Source: Podarcis erhardii (Eukaryota). Taken from it: a DNA stretch of 64,000 nt. This document shows positions 38,552 through 51,879 of the stretch, piece by piece. The position numbers and the translations under genes were made by a program. Each line of letters starts with the position of its first letter. Position 1 is the stretch's first letter. Under the pieces are notes generated by a model. The model worked only from the letters and a program-made list of their open reading frames with translations. It did not search any database and was not told the DNA's origin. The stretch lies in assembly GCA_964252035.1 (NCBI GenBank), contig OZ176201.1; one strand, 5' to 3'.

Positions 38552-38973
38552 TACCCTTAAGGTGGCAGTTCAGCATATTCTGGGCTCTGTATAAAGATTT
38601 GTTAACGAATGAATTACCTATTTAAGCCAGGGACAACCTGCATTTCAGTGAATGCTGAACACAAACCTCTTTACCAAGATGTTTGTTTCCAGGACCCATC
38701 CTATTGCTGTGCTTGTTTTAACTGTTTTTAATTTTAACCTGGCAGGGATCTGCTGGCGAATGGCAGGTGATTATTATTATTAATGTCCTGAACAGCAACT
38801 TGGTGCCCATAGGTACCAAGAAGCCCACAGAGACCTACCAGACCTACTAGGTCATATCATGAGCTACAATGGTCAACAACCCTGAGTTTCTTTTCACTCA
38901 TTCCAGTGTCGGCTGCTTCCATTTCGATTGGCCAGCAGGCATGGAAATGAGGGGGTAGAGAACCATCGGTTCT

Positions 38974-39060
38974 CTCTGTTGATGGTGTCCAATTAGAGCC
39001 ATGTTCTCTTCACCCAGCTGCCAGCAGAAGAACATTTCTAATTGGACACCGCCGGCAGAG
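38974..39060 (+). ncRNA. Candidate pre-miRNA-like hairpin (unverified)
   Basis: 14-bp perfect stem GGTGTCCAATTAGA / TCTAATTGGACACC with G:U-containing basal and upper extensions; see findings. Confidence 0.3.
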
Positions 39061-39418
39061 GGAACAGTTATAATGGGATGCTGCCAACAGACATGTCCAG
39101 TCTGAGATTTCAAGTGAGCATCTATGCCTGACTGCAAGCTCTGCCCCCCTTCCCCAAACCCCCACAGTGTTAATGGACAAAGGGAGAAAAATGGAGCAGG
39201 CTGTGGGTGTTCAGGAGAAAAAGTGTGTCCCGGTGTGTGTGTGTTTTTTTGTGTGTGTGTGTGCATATAAGAAAGGAAGTAAGTTTGCATTCTGTGGAAT
39301 GTGTGGTTTGCCTGACAGACCTTTTTTCCCCCAAGTGTTTTATAAAATGAGCACTGGACTGCTTTTGCATTTCGAGACTCAAGACGGTAAACCCCCACCT
39401 TGCGCTCAGTTCCTTGTA

Positions 39419-40045
39419 CAGTGATATCTCAGGTTAAGTACTTACCGTATTTTTCGTTCTATAGGACGCACCAGACCATAGGAGGGGGAGAACAGGGAAA
39501 AACATTTTTTTTTTCTTGTTCTCCCCCTCTAAAACAAAGTGTGTTCAAGGTGCATTCACCCGAGCTTGTGGGGCTGGTGGGGGGGGGGAGTGCTGCTTTC
39601 CACCACCGCCAGCCTCAAAGATCCCTGAAGCCTTTGGAGCGCAGAGCCCCGCTGCCCTGCAGAGGCTTTGCACGCAGCCATCCCCAAGCTAGAAGAGGGG
39701 GACGGAGCCCTCCGCCATGCTCCGTCTCCCTATTCTGCCTTTGGGCTTAGCGGCGCAGCCTGCATTCGCTCTATAGGACGCACACACATTTCCCCTTAAT
39801 TTTTGGAGGGGAAAAAGTGCTTCCTATAGAGCGAAAAATACGGTAATTTGTTCCGGAGGTCTGTTCTTAACCTGAAACTGTTCTTAACCTGAAGCACCAC
39901 TTTAGCTAATGGGGCCTCCTGCTGCCACCGCACCGCCAGAGAACGATTTCTGTTCTCATCCTGAAGCAAAGTTCTTAACCCGAGGTACTATTTCTGGGTT
40001 AGCGGAGTCTATAACCTGAAGCGTATGTAACCCGAGGTACCACTG
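39419..40045 (-). mobile_element. Tigger/pogo-like MITE interrupted by a second TA-targeting element
   Basis: Termini cagtgatatctcaggttaag and gaggtaccactg with TA flanks; the host sequence resumes at 39844. Confidence 0.88.
39445..39843. mobile_element. Tc1/mariner-superfamily non-autonomous element (CCGTATTTTTCG termini)
   Basis: TIRs CCGTATTTTTCGTTCTATAGG / CCTATAGAGCGAAAAATACGG; TA duplicated at 39443-39444 and 39844-39845. Confidence 0.9.
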
Positions 40046-40175
40046 TATTCTGCCTTGCCAATGTGTTTTCCCTGAAACAAGCATTGTGTGGGTGGCCATG
40101 CACACCGCAGTCACCATTTTATAAATGGGCACGCCTCCCCCATCCTAGCTATTTTGCGATGGCGCCCACAACACT

Positions 40176-40176
40176 C

Positions 40177-40210
<34 letters not shown>
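40176..40210. repeat. (AAC)n microsatellite
   Basis: Direct read. Confidence 0.95.
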
Positions 40211-40211
<1 letters not shown>

Positions 40212-43200
40212 GCAGGATTTTTCCTGCTTGTGCTCGTGGGCCAGAAAGTTGGGAGAACTCTTGGTGCAATGGCATGCCTGGACTTAGGCTGTTTCAAGGA
40301 GTGCATGCACTCAGCTCTTGCAAGTGACACTCATGGGGGGCATCAGCAAAGGCCAGCTCCTTTGCAGTCCAGCCAGCTAACAGGAGATAGAGGGCATAAC
40401 CACAGCAATCCGATGTAGGCTACACATCTATTTTTGTATTGTAACCACTGGAGCATTCATCAGGTGGGAAAGGAACCCCCATCTTTTCAAAGACACCTCC
40501 TATGCTTACTATTAAATATCCCCCCCCCCCGAGTTTCAACAAGTGCATGCAACTTCCTTGGAAAAAACGCCTCAAGGGGAGCCTCTCCTAGTGACATAAC
40601 CCATTATAAGCAAGTACGGACAAAATAATTAGTTACTCAGAGCAAATGATGAAAACTAGGGAGTCTAGCATTGCAGTCTCTCCCAGACAGGAAAGAGTCA
40701 CAACTCCATCTGTCTACTGCAGAACTACAGAAACAAAATAGAACACCCATCGCCAGATACATAATGGGTGACCGGGTGGAGGGGAAGAACCAGTTAGGCT
40801 AGGTAAATAGAATAGTGATAACCTTAGGAATGGCCCTGCAAGCATTGTGACTCAGGGGGTGTCAGTGTTTATGGTTAAGTATGAAGAGTCAACATTGAGA
40901 GGGATTTGGAGCCAGACATTTGCTTCAAGGCTCCTCTTCAATATAATGCATCTACAATGCAGTCATTGCCCAGCAGATCATATGAAGCAAGCTGGTTGAT
41001 TTCACAGAAGCTTCCAATGAAGAGACCAAACAGTTTTGCCTTCTTCAAAAGCAGAAATGGACTAGATCAAATTATGCCTTGAGTAATGTTGTAAGGGGAA
41101 GTAGAAACATATTAATATCTATTAACCTGCACCACTGATATGTTATAAGAGGGATGGGGGGTGGGATACATTGCATGTCATGTTTATTTACAATTCTGCA
41201 TTTGTTTTTTGGCTATATATATCAATAAAAACCTGTCAGGCAGAAGAAGCAGAAGTTTATTATTTGCATACATTTTTACTTTAACAATTGTTGCCTACAT
41301 TTATCTTAAAAAGCTATTGAGCTAGGCCATTAGTGGCCCCATTTCACAGCAAAACGGCACAAGGCAAGGCTATAGGATTTGAACTCAGGTCTGCATGCCA
41401 TGCAAATCTCTCACCTTTATGGCAATCTGAGTTACAGCAAGTGAATCAAATTAGTGCTCAGCTCCATGAAGCAGAAAGAGTTACTTGTCTGTAATGGTCC
41501 AGTCTCATACCCTTTCATCTGCCATCAAGACATGGGAGGATTTTAGATGTGGGCAAATGAGAACTGACATTCTCCACTCTACAGTAGCAGAGCCACAGGG
41601 ATTTCTCCCATAGTCTTCTTCCAGTTGCCTGATTGTTGCTCCCCGCTCTATGCTCAGCCTGTTTTGTGGAGCTGCATCCCCTTGCATTCTCCTCCTTCCC
41701 CCAGGGGTCTCCCTGCTCACCTATCACTCATTGCTAGGGAAGGGCAGAAAGTGGAACGGGAAAGCTAAAAGGTTCTGATGCATCACAGCACTTCTCAACA
41801 AGACTGGTACACACAGTGCAAGGTTACAGAATAATGCAGATCATGACTCTGTTGAGAGTTCTAGGTCTCAACACTGGTTCGTCAACATTTACCTTGCTTA
41901 CAGCACCGAAAGAGCCTGCAAGACGCAATGTTGTTTGAAGCTGTCATTTTAAACAAATGCAATAATCAAACCTTTGGGACTGCTTCAAACCCAACTCTGG
42001 AAACTTGTGGCAATCGGCAGGTAATAAATCTAATGAAGTGGGGGCATTTCTAGCCACATTTAGTCCAATACTAACATATATGCTCACACTTATCTGAAGA
42101 GGAAAGTCGAATCGTCCATAATGAAATGCACAGATCTCATGTTCCGAAGCCATCTAATAAAGACTTTATTCTAAGAGAGTATTATACTGTAATACCATTA
42201 GGGACAATGTGAAAGCATTCTGGACTCATTGCCCTGTGCACTTATGGCTAGGGGACAGCTCATTATTCCTGCACCAAAGCCTCCTTACCCTGATGGATGA
42301 AGAAGTTTCCTGCTCAACCACAGCAGCCTTTGCCTTTTGTATGAGACCTCTCTCACAGAAAATTCAACTGTGAAAGATGTTATTCTCCTTAGCTGGAGTT
42401 AACGTTCCACAATGATCCAAAGAACGAGACATACCTGGATGGAGGTTGTTGTGTTGCACACTTCCTTTACTGCCCAGTCTCATGATCTAGAAGTAAAGCA
42501 AGAGAAGGGCAAGTCCCCTCCTTCTACCTCTTTATTTGGGGCGGGTGACGGAGAAAAGAATGGAGCCTCTTGTCTCCATCTGCAGTTGAGCAACAACTGA
42601 GACAGGATCCTGTGACAATCACGCTGCTACTTGGAGAAAGCTAGAGGGTAAGTGAAGCTTAACAAACCATCCCCTAATATTAGAATCTGCCAAGAAAAGC
42701 TCCATTGAACGCCAAGACATTATGAAAAAATTTAAACAGGCAGCCCGGCTGGTGGCCAGTTTTGAGGTCAGACAGTCTATAATATTGTGTTAACCCAATG
42801 TATGATGTTTGGAAAGCTTGATCTAGTCAGTGGGAGAGAGGGAGACACATGGAAGCCACACTGGCCAGTAAAGAAACTGTGAGTATGTGCCCCCAAAGGA
42901 CTGACAAAATTTGCTTAAAGCAGAATATAAGCATCCCATAGAATGCAAGAGGCATCCCTTATTCTCAGCACTGTCATTAAGTCTGTCTGCTCCCCCTTAA
43001 GTCTCCTCGTGGTGTTTTGGATCTTCTTCAATGAAGACCCTTCAAGAGTAGTTAGGCAGTCATTACAGAGCCAGGACAACTCTTTCCCCTTTTTGCCATC
43101 TCAGTGTCTCTTCACCCTACTAGAGCAGCAGCCTGCTCGCCCCCACCCCACTCAAGATATTAACAATGGACTCCTAGACTCCCGCTCATGTAATGTATGT

Positions 43201-45145
43201 AAAGCAAACTTTGCTCCCAAAGTCCACTGAAGGTTAGAGGAGCTGACTGAAGAGTTTGGGGAAGTAGGATCTGGGAATCCTACAAACATAATTTCACAAC
43301 TCAGCTGCTTCCCTTTCTTTCTAGGAACACATCTCACATAAGCAGCACTTCACTATATCCAGTCAGGCATTGCGTTCTTCTGGCTGGACCAGCCATAAGA
43401 AAGCCACAAACATGGCTCAGATACAGGGAAAGAGGGAGAGGAGGGGAGAAGCACCAGATTATGCTTTGAATTTAAAAAGGATAGCATGGGGACACTGCTC
43501 TCAGAACACAACATTTGTTGGTGTAAAAAAAAAGCTGAATTGGTGATTGGTGACAAAGTTAAGTGAAACAGATATACAAGAATGTATGTAAGATACAAAA
43601 ATACAATCACAATAAAAGTTATAAAATGAAAACAAGGAAGTCGTGCACAGATGGAAGGAAGACATAAGGCAAGAAATAAGAAGCAAATAAGAAATTACTA
43701 AATGTTGGTACATAATGAAATGTGAAAATGTGAATTTACAAATATAATGTATATATAACACTATGTAAATATTTCATATATGTAGTGCAACATAAATAAA
43801 TAAATAAATTTTTTAAAAAGTTGAATTGGTTAAATTGACTAAAAGGAACAATCTTAGTTATTCTACACAAGATGGCAGTTCAGTTGTCCTAAGAAGATAT
43901 GCCAGATCGCAATACTGTACTAATACTTTAAGCCTGGCATTAGGGGAAAGTTCTACTATTCTTGGTATTGGAGCCATCTAGACAGCCCCACTACCAATTC
44001 CCAGGGTGAATTTAGTGGAACTGAACACATGAATGTTGCACATTACATCCTACATGTACAGGTTTCCCCGTACATCCATGACAATGGGTTGAGTCACGTG
44101 ATGTGTTCCACTACATGAAACAGCTACATGCTCCCTACAAGGATGTTGGTCCCCATGGCAAGTGTAGCAGCTCAGCTGACTCTTAGAGCAGGTGCACACA
44201 TAACTTGCGATGTACCAATGTGGTGCCTATCACATACTGTTAGATCGCAACTCCCAACAGCCTTAATCACTGACAATGCTGGATGGGGCCGATGAGAGTT
44301 TTAGTCCAACAGCATCTTCAAGGGCAGCACACTGGTTATTATCCCTGAATTCAGGGGTGCCTCTTAACCTAAGGAATGCCTGGCAACACCCAGAAGGCCA
44401 GCATTCCTGTATTACATGCACACAAGTGAATCCCATCTGAAGAACCTGAAGCTCAGGGGCACAGCACCAGCCTTGAATGCATCTCCAGTTAAGGCACCTC
44501 AGGAGTTAAGCAGAGGTCTTTCCCCAAGTCTAGGATTTACACTGCCAGAGCAAGTAAATATGGTGAGATGGACTTGTCTGATTCAGTAGAAAACTGCCTC
44601 CTATATTTGTATGGCATTTGTGGTTTTCATATTCAGGAGGGTGTATCTTGCATTGTGCTCTGGTTACACACACATTTAAATCTCCATCAGCCTCAGTAAA
44701 ATCATATGACAATGTTCTAGAATTCTGGAAGGCAAGTGACAATAATAAACTGCGGGTGACAAAGGCATCCGTTGCAAAGGGAAAAGTGGGCCCCATTACA
44801 TAATTTGCAAAGTAAAGGGTACACAAACTCTTCTTTAATGAGAAGGCCATATGCTTATTCTTTCCTCACTTTAAACTCCTCCGTCAGAGCAAAGTTTGTT
44901 CAACAGACTAAACCATTTGTATTAACATGCCCTGTGTTTGTTCTTGCTACAGAGAGGCCTACTTAGAAGCGAAACACAAAATGTACTTGCACCAGGACAA
45001 GCACTCGGGGATTGGCACTGCCAGGTATCCGCTGAGGACCATGCCCCACTAGGGGCCAACTGCCAATCCCTGAATCCTCCTGACTGGTGCTTCTTGTTCA
45101 CCTGCCCTTGTCTAGCGAGCAGTAAGAGCAGCAACTGTAATGAGA

Positions 45146-45300
45146 CAGTGTAGTGTAGTGGTCAGAGGGATGGACTAGAACCAAGGAGGTCCAGATTCAA
45201 ATCCACACTGGGTGACCCAACTCTCAGCCTCATGATGTGATGATAAAATGAACAGGTGGAGAGGGAACTTTGCACATTACCTTGAGCTGCTTAGAGGAAA
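45146..45300 (+). mobile_element. Old MIR-like SINE remnant
   Basis: cagtgtagtgtagtggtcagag...ccagattcaaatcc tRNA-like head plus ctctcagcctc core. Similar remnants near 4.7, 59.5 and 61.7 kb. Confidence 0.5.
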
Positions 45301-45476
45301 TGTATATATACATGTAATATATAAACATACCTCTTCTCCTACCTTTCTGGGAGGAGATACAGAGTGGGCCCAACAAGAAAGGTAAGTAGTTAGTAGCAAC
45401 AGCTCCGGCGAGGACGGCCAAGGTCGGGTTTGGGCTCAGGCTCTTGAAATATGGCAACCCTAACTATTTTAATATA

Positions 45477-45685
45477 CAGTGGTACCTCGGGTTAAGAACT
45501 TAATTCATTCTGGAGGTCTGTTGTTAACCTGAAGCACCACTTTAGCTAATGGGGCCTCCTGCTGCCACTGCGCCGCCGGAGCACGATTTCTGTTCTCATC
45601 CTGAAGCAAAGTTCTTAACCCGAGGTAATATTTCTGGGTTAGTGGAGTCTGTAACCTGAAGTGTATGTAACCTGAGGTACCACTG
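45477..45685 (-). mobile_element. Tigger/pogo-like MITE
   Basis: TA TSD and TIRs. Confidence 0.92.
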
Positions 45686-48600
45686 TACTGACTTCTTAAT
45701 TTGAGGTTCAAAAAAACAGGGGTCATAATACATGGGGACATCTTATACACGGAAAAATACGGTACTTGCCCCCTCCTGGTCGCAAGTAAGGACACACATC
45801 TGTTCCACTGTGCTCAGGTACATAATCCCAGAAAGGGTCTACCTCTCTTTCACGCCAGACTTTCCCAGTCAAAAACAGGCCCCGTTCTGCACTTGCCTCA
45901 GAACAACAATCTGAACTTTCCCTCGTCAGCAACTGAACGCCTGGCTAGGCCTGGAATTAAGGGCCTACAGTACATTTTGGTTCACAAGGCAGCACTTTGT
46001 GGGAGGAAAAGGTCACAGGAGCTGAGCTTTGATCAGAGTCACCAGAGCAAAAGACAGAACCTTCACTACTGCCCACAACCCTTCAGATAGATTAAGAGTT
46101 TCATCTAACACGAGAGAAAGGAGGGGGCAGGGTAAGCAAACAAAGTCCTCTTTATTTACTTGGTTTTATATTGTTGTCTTTAAAATAACCTTTTCTGGCA
46201 GCGCAGGAGATCTCCCTCCTCCCACAAATGCCTACAACCAAGAAAGTCAGGTATAGGCTACCTTTTAGGTAAGTCACAGCACTAATAACAACACTACCTG
46301 GCTTTTGAAGACTGGTTCTGTTTTAATGGCTCCTTGAAAGATTTGGTTGGGGGTTGGTTCTGCTGCACTCATAACCCCCAGCTGCTGCCACCCCACCAAA
46401 TTTAAATTGCATTATCAAGGCCTTTTTATCAGAATTCCTGCTAGCAAAAAGAGTGAAACGATTACCTTGAGTTTCCAATCCTGCACTGGAATTTTAACCG
46501 GCCTGACCTCAATTCTGACCTACAGACAGGGATCCACATATGGCAAAAGAGACCAAAGGGCAGAATGGGTGTGAAAAAAGTTGCCCTGGCAGGCTGTTGT
46601 GGGTTGGGCAACGATTGCTACAGAGAGAGGCATTGGAGGTTTCCATTTCAAACAGACAAAAACTATGCAAACAAACACTTCAGATTATTGATCAGAAGAA
46701 ACTGCCACTCTGCAGAGGAGGTGAATCAACTGACCAGCAGTGAAAGTAAACCGACCCTTTCCAGAAGGTTTTGCCACGCAGTAAGAAAAAGAATGACTGG
46801 TCATCCTAAAATGAACTAGAACCTAACGAACTGATTACAGAAGGCTTAATTACAACTACCATGTTTTTGGTTTTTTTATTTTAAAAAACCCACCACCCCC
46901 TCGAGTAAATGTGTTGGCATATGAGAAAACCTTGCACTTTTCCTAAAAAAGAAGGTACCGGTAGTTCTTCATTTGCTCTCTTGTTCAGTTTTTAAATATG
47001 CCAGCTAAAATATAGCAGATCCAAAGCATTTAAAAAACAAAACCAAACCAAGACCCACTAGTTTTGCTAGAGATGCAGGTTTAAAAGGTGTACCAACATC
47101 AATTTCAAAACACAAACTGTCCATTTCAGTGGCCTGCAGGTTCTTGTTAAAATGCTGCCACAACACAAACACAAGGAAAAAGCTTATTGATCTTACATTA
47201 GGGAGACTTTATATTATACTTCATATAGGATCACTACTGCTGAAGCATGAAACCCTATACTGAGCAAATGGGTCTCTGCACTGCCATGAAGTATTGTAGA
47301 TGCTCTCCAAATTGCATTATAGATGCTCTCCAAATTGTTTCTTTCTTTCTTCCCTTCAAATAACTGGGAGCCAAGCTACCCAGGAGTTTACACCTTTTCA
47401 GACCTTAGAACCTGCCTTTAGCACTACATTCATCTGGGGACCAATTTATTTACTTGTTTATTTGTAAGGTGGCAAGACTGTTATTGTAGCCCACCTGAAG
47501 TCTGGCTGCAAGGCACTTGTTGCAAGACCAAGGCTCTGAAGGTCAAAGCCACACACTGATTAGATCAAAACAATTAATTTGCCAATTGAAAACTAGACAA
47601 AGGAAAGAGAGGCAAGTTGCACTGACTTTATAAAAACAATCTGACACAGAGATGAATTATTCTTTCAGCACAAAGGTGTTCGAGCCCATAGTCACTAAAT
47701 CTTGTTAACCTCGCCAAATAATCAGGGAGCAATTTTTAATTAACACTCTTGCAATAAATGCTGTGAAACTATTAAACGTGCATCCTTAGAATTCACTACT
47801 TTAAGATGTTAATGAATCCTAGCAAACTCTTTGGTCACATGGCAGATTTTACAACAACCTCCACATGCAACTATGAAAGGCATCCGTGTTTGTTTGTTCT
47901 GAAATATCCAAGCATCTTTTGCCCCCAGTCTAGCTTTGCTCCACCTGACCTGGTTAAGCCCATGAGAGCTACAATCAAGCTTCTCAAATCCAGGTGAAGC
48001 CACAGTCTACTGCCTGTAGATAGCAGGCAATCTGCTTAAGATAGCAAGCAGCTCAGGACGTTGTTTATTACTGTTTCGGCTCTGAACAAGCATACCAGAC
48101 AATGATCCTCAGAATGCACTGCTCAGCAGAAGCCCAATCGTGTCAGCAGAGCCAGAACCATTTTAAGTGACCATCCCCCCAAGGCATAATAACCTGTGGT
48201 CAGAACAGGCAGGAAAATCATTGCAGCAACACACTCTACTCCGGTCACAATGTACAGCCTAGGATTTACTACCTCTTCTAGAGATTAAACCTGGCCACTG
48301 TTCACTCACATGGGGTATTTTGGGTTTGAAACATGCATTGATTTGAAGAACTGACCAACAACTAACAATTAGTCAATCACTCTCCAGGCAGCTCAGCTGC
48401 AGAATGGCTTGCTCAATCAGCAGACAATGCAGCCAGCCAATTAAGGCAAATCATTACTCCTTAATTTTTTTGATGATGTTTTTTCCAATGAAGGCAGAGA
48501 TTGGGGTATTCTGGTTCCAAACCAAATGAAGTTATTTCAGGATGTGTTATTATATTGGCCTGATCCAGCTAGTGGTATGTATGCAAATAACAGTGAACAC

Positions 48601-50390
48601 ATTTCCATAAGGAATTAGATGAAGAAGGGGGAGAAGCCACTGCTGAACAGTGGCACAGTAGTGGTGCAATACTTATTTAATATAAGCATGGATTTGAGAT
48701 ACTCAAGAAACCTACTTGCTGCATCATATGGCCTGAAGCAAAAACCATCCATATTCCTAAATTAAGTATTATCAGCATCCAAATCTTTGTACTAGACAGA
48801 ATGAGACTCCCAGTTACTCAGCTATCCCAAAGGAAGTCTACACATTTCTGGTCTACATCAGCCATGAGCAAACTTTAACAATGATCTGTGTAGCAGCAGT
48901 GTTGACTACTCACTGACAACAGACATACAGATATCTGTATTGTTCACACGTTGCAGCTGGGTTGATTTGGTGGCAAACATGAAAGCTTCCAGATGTTCTG
49001 GATCGCAACTCCCATCCTCCTTGAGCTGAGCATGCTGGCTGGAGCTGATGGGAGTTGCAACCCAACAACATCTGGAGGACCCGACACTGACTACCCCTGC
49101 TGTAGAACATAGACTGGCAGTCCAGCCAAGACTCTGGTCAATTTAAGAAGCAGTTATGCCAAGACCACCACACCCATTACTGATAAGGTCCCAAGCATTT
49201 TGGAAAGGTGGAAGCAAAGATGTCAGCACCTGTTCCACCCAGCTTGTGCAGCTCTCTTCAGCAACATATGCAAAGAGGACGATTGAGAAAGTTCACAAAC
49301 AGCACTGCTCAACAGCTACTACACACTCTTTGCAAGGGGCATTTCAAGGCTACAATAAAGGGGTGTAATGTATATATCACAGGGTCTCTTCTGGAGCACC
49401 GCACACCATGGCTAGCTGGATCTCTGCGCTATTATGTCATAGTGTTGCACTCAAGATTGATTTATTCTCTTAACCAACTTTCAAGCTTCTTGTCAACCAG
49501 GAGTTTCTACTTCTTACCATGAACGGAAAGGTCAAGCTACAAGCAGGTTTAAGAGTTCAAGCCCATTTGCTATTTAACATCTAGACACTAGAGGCTATGC
49601 TCTTTCAGGCTTGGAACTTGCCTCCAACCATTTACACTTTCCAGCATCACACACCACCAGGCAGAAGAGACTTCACAAGCATACATTACAAAGTTGAAGG
49701 ACCCATTTCTGCTGTCTGTCTGTCTACTGGAAGTGTCCACTCCCAACTGCTTCACATAGCTGCACCACTACTGGAATGAGGGTCAGGCCAGTGTTAGCCC
49801 AGTAAATGTTATGATGCAGAAGGATGTTCTAGATTGCAAGTAAGATATAACTATACAGTATTAGGGTTTTTAAATATATAACTTATGCCTTGCTAGATGT
49901 TTTAACTTTTCTTTTGATCCTTAAAGTGCTGGATGGGATGCAGAATTCAAGACTCTCCAACCATAGCCAAAGCTACCACTAAGATGGCACGCTCATCGAA
50001 CACTTTCCCACTGAACTCAGTGAAACTTTAAAACACTTCTACAATCAGGTTGCAGAGCAAAATCACTTTGGGAAACTTAAGCAGGGCTGGCCTTATCATT
50101 AGGCAAAGTAAGGCAACTTGCCTCAAGCAGATGCTATAGCAGCTCCTATGCTATTCCTCCTAAGCCCCCATTCCCCTCTCTTGGAGGATAGAGTTGTGAA
50201 TATTACATGGCATGGTGTGTCCCACCCAAACTATCAAATCAGTGCTGATTCAAAACTGCCCATTCAGTTCAGTTACCTTATGGGGAGGGCAAACTTATTT
50301 GCCTCAGGCAGCAAAACATCTTGGGCCAGACCTCAGTTTAAATTATGTGGTACACTATACATTGTAGATTTCCTTATTTCCTTACATGGA

Positions 50391-50685
50391 AAGGAAATCA
50401 GCCCTGAGTACTCACTGGAAGGACAGATCCTGAAGCTGAGACTCCAATACTTTGGCCACCTCATGAGAAGAGAAGACTCCCTGGAAAAGACCCTGATGTT
50501 GGGAAAGATGGAGGGCACAAGGAGAAGGGGATGACAGAGGACGAGATGGTTGGAAAGTGTTCTCGAAGCTACCAGCATGAGTTTGACTAAACTGCGGGAG
50601 GCAGTGGAAGACAGAAGTGCTTGGCGTGCTCTGGTCCATAGGGTCACGAAGAGTCGGACACAACTAAATGACTAAACAACAACAA
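50391..50685 (+). mobile_element. BovB (RTE) LINE 3' fragment
   Basis: KEISPEYSLEGQILKLRLQYFGHLMRREDSLEKTLMLGKMEG and (CAA)n tail. Confidence 0.92.
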
Positions 50686-51512
50686 TATATACTGTAGAAC
50701 CCAATAGCCATCCCAACCTTTCCCCCCCTGCAAAAAAATAGGTCAAAATCACAGAGACCTTGATGGAGTTAAGGCATCACTGTCACTTGACTGAACAGGT
50801 CAACAAACAGAAATCACCAAGGTTTATATTGTTTATTGCTCCCTACTTGCACACACAAAAGATGGCTGTGCATGTGCGTTTGCTAAATAATTCAGAACAT
50901 CTGGGGACTGCTGGGCTAAACATTTGCCACATCTTACCACAAGCATAGAAAGGAGCATCTCTGTTCAGGCTCACAAGTCAGGCACACAGGCTTATTCAAA
51001 TAAGCGTGAAGAAGGCCACCTTGGAATCAGCCCAGAAAAAAAGAAGTTAAAACTACAGTTAACAGGACAAGTTTATCCTTGTCTATTGCAGGAGGGGAAC
51101 GAGAAGCTGCACAGCAGAGCCGCTTATAGAGAACTTGGCACGGCAGCATGAAATTCAAGCAAGCAGAGGGAAGAGAAGCGTAACCCTAGCAGTTTCCTTT
51201 GTCTGGAACTCTAGTTCAGAGCTCTTTGTGAAGCTGAATTTCAATCAGTCCCATTGGGTGGGAGGCAGCAACCCTCTCTCTCACCCTTGAAACAGTCACA
51301 AGGGACTGCAGAGCACATCATCCTCCCATGGTAAAAGGGAAAAGAAATACTACCCCCCCCCAAAAAAAGGGGAGGTGAGAGAATCTTCTAAGGCTGGAAA
51401 TGATCGATAGGCAAGAAAGCATACTTTGCAGCTGTCGCTTTGGGCTAACAGACTGGTTACAAAGTGGGCTTTTTTGTGGGGGGAGTTAGTACATAAATAC
51501 ACAGCCACTGCC

Positions 51513-51662
51513 CAGTGGCGTAGCATGGGGGGTGCAGGGGGGGCCGGGCGCAACATCTGGGGGTTAGGGTTAGGGGTAGGGTTAGGGGGCGTAAATCCAC
51601 GGGTTAGGGGGCGCAAATTACTTGCCTTGCCCCGGGTGCTAACAACCCACGCTACGCCACTG
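51513..51662. mobile_element. 150-bp hAT MITE containing TTAGGG repeats
   Basis: Perfect 12-bp TIR CAGTGGCGTAGC; perfect 8-bp TSD ccactgcc. Confidence 0.92.
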
Positions 51663-51879
51663 CCACTGCCTTCATACCTCAAAGGAACTTTTAACTTTTT
51701 GAGCGGGTGCAGAAAACTAATATTCCAAGTCACCCACGACTCTCTTCAGTGGAGACAGAAAAGCACAGAAGATTTCAGAGCCACACTCACAAACCTACTT
51801 CCTGCAAAAGCAGAGACACCCTACAGGGCTACCTTCTCCTTTTCAAACGCCTCCTTTCCGAAGTGACCTCCCTCCCTTT

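Noticed and set aside
51564-51609. Telomeric repeats as a chromosome-fusion or telomere relic
   Set aside because: Only five units, enclosed within TIRs and a TSD, so they are part of a transposon.
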